The notes under the pieces are model-generated. The model did not search any database. It saw nothing but the letters and a program-made list of their open reading frames with translations, and was not told the DNA's origin. Shown here one piece after another: positions 1 through 8,546 of a stretch of DNA of 64,000 nucleotides. The stretch is from the NCBI GenBank assembly GCA_947507965.1, contig CANNQU010000004.1, positions 15,652 through 79,651 on the forward strand, given 5' to 3'. This DNA is from Bacteroidota bacterium (lineage in GTDB: Bacteria > Bacteroidota > Bacteroidia > UKL13-3). A program made the translations under genes and the position numbers. How positions within the stretch are numbered: position 1 is the first letter of the stretch; each line of letters starts with the position of its first letter.

Positions 1-1
1 T

Positions 2-823
2 AAGGATTATTCAAACCCGCTTAGTGTAAATACAGGTAACCCCTATCTACGGTCATCCTATGAGCATCGAATGAACCTGTTTTTACATCGGTATAGTGTA
101 CAGCACAGCAAATACTTTTACGTTAGTGCAATGTATAATATAATAGAGAACGCATTCACTAGTCAGAGCACGTTTAGCAATGAAGGGGTAACAAAATACC
201 TGATTGTAAACGGTGACAATACAGAACGACTGTCTTTATGGGCACGGTATGGCAGGAATATGGTTAATGATTTACTACGACTATCGTTTGAATATGGCCT
301 TAATTCAGGCCAACGCAATAACATTCTTAATGAAATAAAGAACAGAAGTAAATCGGTTCAAAACAGCACAGGAATAGATATTACTTATGCAAAAGAAAAA
401 AGTTTAAATTTAAGTATTGGATATAAAATTACGTATGGTACGAATACCAATATAGGAAGTGTTACCACGCAAACCAGTATTATGGAACATCAAATAGAAA
501 CATCCGGCAAGCTTAATTTTTTGAACCATTGGACATTGGAGGCAAATTATTCATTTCGTAAGAACAGTACCCCATCAACCACCGCATACGCAATAAATAT
601 GCTCACCGTAAGTACCGTTTATAAGTTTATAAAAAATAAAGCGGAGTTAGGTTTAATAGGGTATAACTTATTTAATGAGAATAATGGCTACACACGATAC
701 CAAAATGCTTCAAGTATTACTCAGTCTCAGCATAATATTTTAGGGCGGTATATTATGCTATCGTTTTTATATAATTTTTCAAACAAAGGAGCAATTCAAA
801 AGGAAGATGATGATGAATATTAA
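2..823 (+). CDS. Outer-membrane beta-barrel protein (TonB-dependent-receptor-like), 5' end outside the window
   Basis: The frame is open from base 2 (KDYSNPLSVNTGNPYLRSSYEHR, an NPL..GNP.L motif typical of Bacteroidota barrel proteins). Alternating amphipathic strands and a YNLFN...GRYIMLSFLYNF end. Overlaps a GLPGLI gene. Confidence 0.8.
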   Translation, partial: KDYSNPLSVNTGNPYLRSSYEHRMNLFLHRYSVQHSKYFYVSAMYNIIENAFTSQSTFSNEGVTKYLIVNGDNTERLSLWARYGRNMVNDLLRLSFEYGLNSGQRNNILNEIKNRSKSVQNSTGIDITYAKEKSLNLSIGYKITYGTNTNIGSVTTQTSIMEHQIETSGKLNFLNHWTLEANYSFRKNSTPSTTAYAINMLTVSTVYKFIKNKAELGLIGYNLFNENNGYTRYQNASSITQSQHNILGRYIMLSFLYNFSNKGAIQKEDDDEY

Positions 824-1535
824 TACGGCACTAATTTTTACGTTGCTTTTTTTGAGTTCCTTTTCAAGTAAAGCACAACCGTTTATTAGTCGAGGAAATA
901 TCTCTTATGAGAGAAAGATACAGATGCATAAACTCTTAGAAGGTGATGAATGGGTTAAAGGCAATACGGAGAGATTTTATGTTTCAACGTTTCAGCTTCG
1001 TTTTAATGACGACACCTGTGTGTATGTAAAAACCGGTGATGAGGAGTCAAAAAACACGGCTTATTGGGCTATTTACGCGCGCGAGAACGAAGTTGCAACC
1101 ATCTTTAGCAGTGGAATGTCTGTGGTTAAGAAAACCGTTTACGGTGACGATTTTATCATAAAAGATACCCTTCCAAAATACAGATGGAAATTGGTAAATG
1201 AAACGCGTAAGATAGCGGGAGTAACGTGTAAAAAAGCAACCACAATTATCAATGATTCAATTTTTGTAGTGGCCTTTTACTCCGAAACTATTCTGTTACG
1301 TGGTGGTCCGGAGCAGTTCGCAGGATTGCCGGGTATGATTTTGGGTGTTGTGATTCCAAGACTTCATGTAAGCTATTATGCTCAAAAAGTGGAGGCTAAT
1401 GAAAACCAAGTGGTCACGGTTCCAAAATACAGGAAAACAACGATGAGCAGAAAGGAGTTTCAGTTAATGGTACAAAAAAACATGAAATGGGCGTTCACTA
1501 ATTCTGGTATTGGGGCATTATATTTGTTTTTGTAA
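807..1535 (+). CDS. GLPGLI family protein
   Basis: Signal peptide; W.L..E.RKIAG..CKKAT and GPEQFAGLPGMILG signature. Confidence 0.9.
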   Translation: MMMNINTALIFTLLFLSSFSSKAQPFISRGNISYERKIQMHKLLEGDEWVKGNTERFYVSTFQLRFNDDTCVYVKTGDEESKNTAYWAIYARENEVATIFSSGMSVVKKTVYGDDFIIKDTLPKYRWKLVNETRKIAGVTCKKATTIINDSIFVVAFYSETILLRGGPEQFAGLPGMILGVVIPRLHVSYYAQKVEANENQVVTVPKYRKTTMSRKEFQLMVQKNMKWAFTNSGIGALYLFL

Positions 1536-1547
1536 TGGGGGTTATAG

Positions 1548-2075
1548 ATGGTACTAAAAGAGGCACTTTTAAAAGAACATTCTAAAAGGCAAACACAAGC
1601 AATTGCTAACTATATTGGCACCAATCAAGGAAAATTCGATGAATTATTACATTTATTTTTCTTTGCAGAGCCTTTGGTTGGGCAACGTGCAGCATGGGTT
1701 GTGAGTACCTGTGTGGAAACAAAGAAGGAGTTGCTTCAGCGGCACATAAAGCCGTTTATTCATAACTTATCAAAAGCCGACTTACATGATGCGGTAAAAC
1801 GAGGCTCCTTAAAGGCTTTGCAAGAGATTGTGGTGCCCGATCCACTACTTGGGAGTTTAGTTGAAATATGTTTCGGTTTTCTATATGGAGCTAAGGAAGC
1901 CATCGCGGTAAAGTCGCTTAGTATAAAAATACTCGTAAAAACATGCCAGCAATACCCCGAACTAATGGTGGAATTGACGCCGTTGCTAATGGCGTTCTTA
2001 AATCATGAGTCGCCTGCACTTGTTTTCACCTCTAAACAAGGGTTGGCATCGCTAAAAAAAATCACAACCCATTAG
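1548..2075 (+). CDS. Conserved Bacteroidota alpha-helical (HEAT/ARM-like) hypothetical protein
   Basis: QRAAWV and AIAVK motifs, all-helical pattern, no catalytic motif recognised. Confidence 0.6.
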   Translation: MVLKEALLKEHSKRQTQAIANYIGTNQGKFDELLHLFFFAEPLVGQRAAWVVSTCVETKKELLQRHIKPFIHNLSKADLHDAVKRGSLKALQEIVVPDPLLGSLVEICFGFLYGAKEAIAVKSLSIKILVKTCQQYPELMVELTPLLMAFLNHESPALVFTSKQGLASLKKITTH

Positions 2076-2908
2076 AATTTAATAAATTTGAAGCTTTTCA
2101 TTTCATCGGAAGTCACAACTTTTACGAGATACATCCCAAGAGGAAAGTCGGCAATATTTATTTTTTCAAAAAGAGAAGACGAATTCACAGTTTTAATAAT
2201 TTTACTATTTAAAGTATAGATGGTTATACTTGAGGGGGATTGTAATTCAAAAGTAAGCTCAGTACCCGTTGGATTAGAAAATAGCGAAGCAATGGTGGCG
2301 TTAAGCCCAGGCGTTATTCCCACCACTGGTCCCGTACCCAATAGATTTAATTTTGTTTCATAAATAATATCATCTGTTTTTTCCTCGTCATTATTTGAAG
2401 CATTAAAAGCAGCATATATCGTAGCGGTTCCTAAATTAGCCGAAGGTGCTTTCCAGTCAAATGTCCACGAACCCTTGTTCCCTGTAAAATCTATTCCAGT
2501 AAGTTTATGAAGTATATTTATTCGAGAGCCACCGAGAAGTTGTGTTTCATTTGGTTGTGTAAGAATAATCGTTCCAATACTTATAGCATTGGCTCCAGCC
2601 CCTTTCATAACAATGGCCTCAAAGCCATAACGTGTTTTTATACCTTCCGTGATGCTTAGGGTTATTGAATAGGTGTGGTTGGGTACATATTGGGTTACCA
2701 GCCCGTTTAACGAATCCTTACAAACAATGGCTGATGTTCCCCCGCCGCTGTTTACGGCACTACCCGTATGGCAACCTGAAACGGCACAATTTTCAGCCAG
2801 TGGTGGCTCGCCGGCGACGCCAGTAGGAGGTCCTTTTTTGTGAGTAAAAACGGTTAAGCTTATGAAACAAGGGGTGAATACAAATAATAGAAATCTAATT
2901 TTCTTCAT
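2072..2908 (-). CDS. Reeler-like (choice-of-anchor V) domain protein with T9SS C-terminal domain
   Basis: Signal peptide; TG..GE...C..CH, Y.P..TYSIT, WTFDWKAP and ASNND...DDIIY motifs; C-terminal NP...INIADFPLGMYLVKV...FKFIKF. Confidence 0.8.
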   Translation of the reverse strand: MKKIRFLLFVFTPCFISLTVFTHKKGPPTGVAGEPPLAENCAVSGCHTGSAVNSGGGTSAIVCKDSLNGLVTQYVPNHTYSITLSITEGIKTRYGFEAIVMKGAGANAISIGTIILTQPNETQLLGGSRINILHKLTGIDFTGNKGSWTFDWKAPSANLGTATIYAAFNASNNDEEKTDDIIYETKLNLLGTGPVVGITPGLNATIASLFSNPTGTELTFELQSPSSITIYTLNSKIIKTVNSSSLFEKINIADFPLGMYLVKVVTSDEMKSFKFIKF

Positions 2909-2923
2909 GACAAATAATGGGTT

Positions 2924-2970
2924 AAAACAAAAAAAACCTCTTCGTTTTTTGAAGAGGTTTTTTTTGTTTT
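2924..2970. terminator. Intrinsic terminator (probably bidirectional)
   Basis: AAAACAAAAAAAACCTCTTC-loop-GAAGAGGTTTTTTTTGTTTT inverted repeat just after the 2978 stop. Confidence 0.8.
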
Positions 2971-2977
2971 TGGATGA

Positions 2978-3499
2978 TTAATTTTTTGGTTGTTCTGGAA
3001 CAACAACTGGCGAAGGCTGTTCAACAGGCTTTGCTTCAACTACACCATTTATGGTTAATACCTTTGGAGAGGATATTGCGTTTGATGTAACCGTTATGCT
3101 TTTTGTGAATGGACCTGGACGGCCGCTAGAATTATAAGAAGCGGTGATCGTACCTGTTTTTCCTGGCGCTATGGGTTCATTGCTCCATTTTGGCGTAGTA
3201 CAACCACAAGATGCCTGTACGTTGCTAATAATTAATGGTTCTTTACCTGTATTTGTAAATTTAAATTCAAAGGTAGCTTGTGTTCCTTCAGGAATTGATC
3301 CAAAATCATGGCTATCCGCTTCAAATAACAAATCAGGTTGAGTAGTAACCGGGGTGGTAACTGCCGGTGTAACAACAGGGGTAACGGTAGTCGCTTTTGC
3401 AGGAGCTGGTTTTTTACCTGCTTTGTCCTTTGAGGTTTGTGAGAATGACACCAAAACGCAAAGTAGAATCGTTGCAATGGTTAATGTGAACTTTTTCAT
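2978..3499 (-). CDS. DUF1573 domain protein (Ig-like, exported)
   Basis: Signal peptide; P/T-rich linker; HDFG.I...F.F.NTGKEPLIISNVQASCGCT. Confidence 0.9.
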   Translation of the reverse strand: MKKFTLTIATILLCVLVSFSQTSKDKAGKKPAPAKATTVTPVVTPAVTTPVTTQPDLLFEADSHDFGSIPEGTQATFEFKFTNTGKEPLIISNVQASCGCTTPKWSNEPIAPGKTGTITASYNSSGRPGPFTKSITVTSNAISSPKVLTINGVVEAKPVEQPSPVVVPEQPKN

Positions 3500-3609
3500 G
3501 ATGAGTGAGAATAAGAGTATAGAAAATTATATATTTATATTTTAGGCTTCAAATGTAATACTTCTAAATATTGAGTAAGTAATGCTTAACATTATTTTAC
3601 AATTATAGC

Positions 3610-4080
3610 CTAATGCACTTCTTGAGGGGCTGCAATTACATTACCTGAAATAGTTAATGTTACGATCTTTAATAGGGTGGAATTCGAAGTAACGGTAACC
3701 GATTTTGTAAAGGCTCCCATTCTCCCGTGGGTTGCATATTTTACATTAATCATTCCGCTTTTGCCAGGCATAATGGGTTCTTTGGTATAATCGCTTACGG
3801 TACAACTGCAACTTGGGCGTGCATCCGAAAGAACAAGAGGTTCTTTTCCAATATTATAAAAGGTGAACACATGTATTGCGTCCATTCCCTCCAATACGTC
3901 CTTAAAATCGTGTGATAGGCTGTCGAATTTTATTTCAGCGTTTTCATAAATTATTTCAGGCGTGTTAGCACTTTTTTGAGTTGTAGTTTTTGCAGCTGAC
4001 TTCCTGCCTTTTTTACTTTTTTGTGCATTTACTTGGAATGCGAATAGGACGAGAAGAATAGAGAGTGTAAGGTGTTTCAT
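3610..4080 (-). CDS. DUF1573 domain protein (paralog)
   Basis: Signal peptide; K-rich linker; HDF...F.F.NIGKEPLVLSDARPSCSCT. Confidence 0.9.
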   Translation of the reverse strand: MKHLTLSILLVLFAFQVNAQKSKKGRKSAAKTTTQKSANTPEIIYENAEIKFDSLSHDFKDVLEGMDAIHVFTFYNIGKEPLVLSDARPSCSCTVSDYTKEPIMPGKSGMINVKYATHGRMGAFTKSVTVTSNSTLLKIVTLTISGNVIAAPQEVH

Positions 4081-4156
4081 GTAAAAAAATATTTTTCAAA
4101 ACAAAAATGCAAGGTTATGTTGATAACAGATGTTATTGTTAACAGCTTTTAGTAAT

Positions 4157-6100
4157 TCAATTTTTATGAGTTACTTCTTCATCTAACAGTTCAAACACCG
4201 AATTGTTACTGATAAACTCAGGAACAATGATTTTCATTTTTGCCACAATACTCTTATTATTTTGAGTTTTGAAGAGTGTAATTAAATCTTCAATCTCTCG
4301 ATAGGCCAGCTCATATTTATAGCTTTGCACTTGGGCGACCATTATTTTTGGATGATGTGTCGGGATGGTTTTCTCTTTGTCATTTAAGAGCTCTTCCTTT
4401 AGTTTTTCTCCCGGCCGCAAGCCAGAAAACACAATCTGAATATCCTTCCCTAACTCCATTCCCGCCAACCGAATCATTTTTTTTGCCAGATCAATGATCC
4501 GTACGCTCTCTCCCATATCGAAAATCAGAATTTCTCCTCCTCTTCCAATGGCACCCGCTTCAAGCACCAGTTGACAGGCTTCCGGAATGGTCATAAAATA
4601 GCGTGTTATTTCTGGGTGCGTAACGGTAACCGGCCCCCCTTCTTTTATTTGTTTTTGAAATACCGGAATTACCGATCCACTTGAACCCAATACGTTTCCG
4701 AATCGTGTAGTAACAAATTGAGTATAGCGAGTATCCCCAACCTTACTTAAATACTCATTGAGCGATTGGATATAAATTTCAGCGATACGCTTACTACATC
4801 CCATAACACTGGTAGGGTTTACTGCTTTATCGGTACTCACAAAGACAAATTTTTCGATTCCAAATCTTACGGCTAAATCGGCGATTACCTTGGTTCCTAA
4901 AACATTGGTATTGATGGCTTCACTCGGGTTGTCTTCCATGAGTGGAACGTGTTTATAGGCTGCAGCATGGTAAACTACCTGCGGTTTAAAGGTAGAGAAA
5001 ACATTTTCCATTCGCACTTCGTTTCTTACATCGGCCACAATAATTTCAAACGCAGTAAATTTTAGCTTTTCTCGTAATTCAATCTCTAGTTCATAAAGAG
5101 GTGATTCAGCCTGATCGAGCAAATAAATTTTTTCGGGGTGGAAAAAACGCAGTTGGCGAACAATTTCGCTCCCAATACTTCCGCTGGCACCCGTAATTAA
5201 AACTCTTTTTCCGCTTACCTCTCTACTGATGATTTTTTTGTCTAAGGTAATCTCGTCACGATCTAATAAGTCTTCAATATTCACGTTTTGAAATTGCGCC
5301 AAACTTAATTCACCGTTTATCCATCGTTCTACTTGCGGTACATTTTTTACTTCGACCTGTAGCTTTAAACAGAGTTCAATTATGTCTTTCTTACGCTTGG
5401 GTTGAATGTTCTGTATAGAAATTAAGATCGTATGTATATTGTATTTTTTGATTAACTCAACAAATACGGTAGGTGAAGAACTATAAATATTTACGCCCTC
5501 CACTTTTTTCCCTACCATTTTTTCGTCGTCATCCAAGAAACCTACAACATTGTAAACACTTCTACTGTCTTTATCAAGGGAACGTTTTGTGATGATACCC
5601 GACTCTCCCGCACCGAAGATGGCGATATTTTGTTTTGGTTCGTGAGGAGAACTTTTATAATAGCTGTAGAGTAATTTATAAACGATACGAGAAGACGAGA
5701 GCACCACCAAACACATAAAAAAGTCGAGTAGAAGAATACTCAATGGAATATAAAACTCGGTGCTTTTTTCAAAAAAGTACAGAAAAAAATCAAAGGCTAA
5801 AACACTCAAACTGCTTATTAATGAAGCATTAAATATTCGTATCGCATCGCTTACACTTGTATAACGTACCAATCCTTGATAAACCCTTGTGAGCACAAAT
5901 GCCGCAATTTTAAAAAACAGTACCATTGACAGGGTTTTAAACAGCCAAGCTGTTCCGTAGGGTTCAAACGTAAAATCTAATATGACGAATGCGATAAAAA
6001 CATAAGAAAACGCGCATAAGGCCACATCGATTAAAAGAACCACCCAACGGGGAGTATGATCCGAAGATAATTTTAAAAAGATTTTTTCAATGGAAAGCAT
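4157..6100 (-). CDS. Membrane-bound NDP-sugar 4,6-dehydratase (CapD/WbpM/PglF family)
   Basis: N-terminal TM helices; GAGESG, GASGSIG, HAAAYKHVP, STDKAVNP, RFGNVLGS, GLRPGEKL. Confidence 0.95.
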   Translation of the reverse strand: MLSIEKIFLKLSSDHTPRWVVLLIDVALCAFSYVFIAFVILDFTFEPYGTAWLFKTLSMVLFFKIAAFVLTRVYQGLVRYTSVSDAIRIFNASLISSLSVLAFDFFLYFFEKSTEFYIPLSILLLDFFMCLVVLSSSRIVYKLLYSYYKSSPHEPKQNIAIFGAGESGIITKRSLDKDSRSVYNVVGFLDDDEKMVGKKVEGVNIYSSSPTVFVELIKKYNIHTILISIQNIQPKRKKDIIELCLKLQVEVKNVPQVERWINGELSLAQFQNVNIEDLLDRDEITLDKKIISREVSGKRVLITGASGSIGSEIVRQLRFFHPEKIYLLDQAESPLYELEIELREKLKFTAFEIIVADVRNEVRMENVFSTFKPQVVYHAAAYKHVPLMEDNPSEAINTNVLGTKVIADLAVRFGIEKFVFVSTDKAVNPTSVMGCSKRIAEIYIQSLNEYLSKVGDTRYTQFVTTRFGNVLGSSGSVIPVFQKQIKEGGPVTVTHPEITRYFMTIPEACQLVLEAGAIGRGGEILIFDMGESVRIIDLAKKMIRLAGMELGKDIQIVFSGLRPGEKLKEELLNDKEKTIPTHHPKIMVAQVQSYKYELAYREIEDLITLFKTQNNKSIVAKMKIIVPEFISNNSVFELLDEEVTHKN

Positions 6101-6141
6101 TCGTGGTAAACGGAGGAAAAAACAGAATTCAAAGTTAGATT

Positions 6142-7764
6142 TTATTTTGTCGTATCCAAATCAATTGGGTTGCTTAGGCACCCATTAGGAAACTCGATTT
6201 TTAGCAAGGAGGATATCGTAGGTGCGAGGGCGGTGATATCTACTGCCGAATTACTACTTCCCGGGGTAATGTTAAAGCCATAAAAAAACAACGGAATATG
6301 CGTATCGTAACTATACGGTGCCCCATGGGTTGTTCCTCTTTGGTTTGTACTTTCTATATAGTTTGGAAGTAAGGCATAATAAACATCCCCACTGCGGTGT
6401 GTATTATAACCTAATTGAAATAAATGAATTATTTTCTGAGTGCTTTCATCATAGTTGAGAACACTGGCTGGATAGGCGTTTGAAATCTGAGGGAGTTCAG
6501 CAATAGCTCTTGATAAGCCATAGGTAATGGCTACCAATGACAGCTTTTTTGATTCCATTAAGGGTTGATTTAGGTAGATACATTGATCTCCTAAAGCTTC
6601 AAAAAGCGAGCTGTCATTATATTCTTTTTGAAGGTATGATTTGGCTGTTTTTTCTATATCCTTCGGATCGAAATATCCCGCATTCAATTTATTGTCGATT
6701 AAAAACCTCGGATTGGGCACGGCACCATGGTCGGCGGTAAGGAATAGCAGTATGTTTTTTTTTCCGATGGTCTGATCCAAAAACGTCAGAAAATCTTCTA
6801 TATCCTTATCTAATCGCAGATAGCAGTCTTCTGTTTCGATGGAATTTGTTCCAAATTGATGACCAATATAATCGGTGGCAGAAAAGCTTAAGCATAGCAT
6901 ATCGGTCACCTCATCTACTCCGAGTTGTTCGCTACGGATGGCCTCTTTCGCAAAATCTTTGCTGAGTGTATTTCCAAAAGGACTCCTTCGAATGTTTTCA
7001 AAATCTTTACCTCCTATCTTTTCAAAGTCATGAGGGAAAGTAGGTGTCATTTCTCCTTTATAAGGGCTTTCGTATGGAGTGTTATCAGTGGTTGATTCGG
7101 TATATTGAGAAATATCCAAAAGCGTATTCCATGCTTGTTTATTGTATTGCATCGGGTATTTCAACGCATTAAATTTTTCTACCCATGCAGGAAGCTGGGT
7201 CATGTAATAGGAACTCGTTATCCAGTTCCCCGTCTTACTATCGAACCAGTAGGCAGCATCGGCAGCATGTCCAGCAGGTAAAATAGCACCTCGATCTTTT
7301 AGCGCAATCCCAATAACCTTGGCTTTGAAATTTGTGGCAAGCTTTAATTCATCACCAATGGTGTTTACCAATAATAATTTAGGCGACATGGCCCCTGTTT
7401 TTCCAGTGCCCCCTACCGATTTAACAGTGGAGTCATCAACACAATAAATAGTTTTATGTGAACCTCTATCATACCAATCGTTGCTTACAATACCGTGCGT
7501 GGCGGGAGTTGTGCCGGTGTAAATACTCGCATGCCCGGGCCCGGTAACGGTAGGGGCATAATTATACTTTGTATTACTACACTCATAGCCTTCTTTTACC
7601 AGGCGCTTGAAACCACCATTGCCAAGTTTATTCCAGTACCGGTAAATATAATCGTACTTCATTTGATCGACAACAATACCTACTATTAACTTAGGACGTT
7701 CAAGTTGCTGTGCTGTTGACGTAAAGGCGAGGAAGCTGCAAACTAAAGCAAATATATATTTCAT
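6142..7764 (-). CDS. pafA: Alkaline phosphatase PafA family
   Basis: RPKLIVGIVVDQM, PTVTGPGHAS (Thr nucleophile), DYIGH, TADHG, GTTHG. Confidence 0.9.
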   Translation of the reverse strand: MKYIFALVCSFLAFTSTAQQLERPKLIVGIVVDQMKYDYIYRYWNKLGNGGFKRLVKEGYECSNTKYNYAPTVTGPGHASIYTGTTPATHGIVSNDWYDRGSHKTIYCVDDSTVKSVGGTGKTGAMSPKLLLVNTIGDELKLATNFKAKVIGIALKDRGAILPAGHAADAAYWFDSKTGNWITSSYYMTQLPAWVEKFNALKYPMQYNKQAWNTLLDISQYTESTTDNTPYESPYKGEMTPTFPHDFEKIGGKDFENIRRSPFGNTLSKDFAKEAIRSEQLGVDEVTDMLCLSFSATDYIGHQFGTNSIETEDCYLRLDKDIEDFLTFLDQTIGKKNILLFLTADHGAVPNPRFLIDNKLNAGYFDPKDIEKTAKSYLQKEYNDSSLFEALGDQCIYLNQPLMESKKLSLVAITYGLSRAIAELPQISNAYPASVLNYDESTQKIIHLFQLGYNTHRSGDVYYALLPNYIESTNQRGTTHGAPYSYDTHIPLFFYGFNITPGSSNSAVDITALAPTISSLLKIEFPNGCLSNPIDLDTTK

Positions 7765-7791
7765 ACGGCGGTAAAGGTAGTTTAAAGGCCA

Positions 7792-8532
7792 TTAAATTTT
7801 AGAGAAGAAACCTAGAAACTCTTGTTTTTTTTGACGCGATACATTAATTGTTTTTCCGTTACTCATAACCACTTCCCCTCCATCGCCACGGATGTATTTA
7901 CGGATATGTTTCATATTTATTAAGTACGATTGATGTATCCTGTAAAAGCCACTCTCGCTTAAAGTTTCTTCAACGTCTTTAATGGGTTTGGAGGTTTGAA
8001 TACGGCGGTTATCATTAAAGAAGAAGGCGGTATAGCTTCCATCCGACTCACAATAAACGATGTCTTTAACCTCAATAAATGTAATTCCGTCCATACTTGA
8101 GATCGCAATTAAATCGGGATTTTTTTGGAATGCGCTTTTCATCTTTAATATTTCATTCCCTCTTTTTTTCTCTTCCGGGTTTTTCTCCGTTATTTTTTTG
8201 ATGGCGCTAATTAGTTCATCCTTATCAATGGGCTTAAGAAGATAATCGATAGCGTTAAATTTAAAGGCACGCACAGCATATTGATCGTATGCGGTGGTAA
8301 AAACCACGTTGAAGTGTATTTCTCCGATCTCTTTCAATAAATCGAAGCCGTTTAAAATCGGCATTTCAATATCTAAGAAAAGCAGGTCGGGTTGAGTATG
8401 TTTTAAATAGGATAATCCCTCGGAAGCATTGCTGAAAATTCTAATATTAGCAACCTGTTTGCAATGTTTTTGAAGTAAAAGTTGTAAAACCTCGCAACAG
8501 TAAATTTCATCATCAATTATTACTACATTCAT
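7792..8532 (-). CDS. LytTR family response regulator
   Basis: Receiver (IIDDE, FLDIEMP, TTAY, LLKP) plus LytTR FYRIHQSYLIN. Confidence 0.95.
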   Translation of the reverse strand: MNVVIIDDEIYCCEVLQLLLQKHCKQVANIRIFSNASEGLSYLKHTQPDLLFLDIEMPILNGFDLLKEIGEIHFNVVFTTAYDQYAVRAFKFNAIDYLLKPIDKDELISAIKKITEKNPEEKKRGNEILKMKSAFQKNPDLIAISSMDGITFIEVKDIVYCESDGSYTAFFFNDNRRIQTSKPIKDVEETLSESGFYRIHQSYLINMKHIRKYIRGDGGEVVMSNGKTINVSRQKKQEFLGFFSKI

Positions 8533-8546
8533 TTTTGGGTTTCGTT

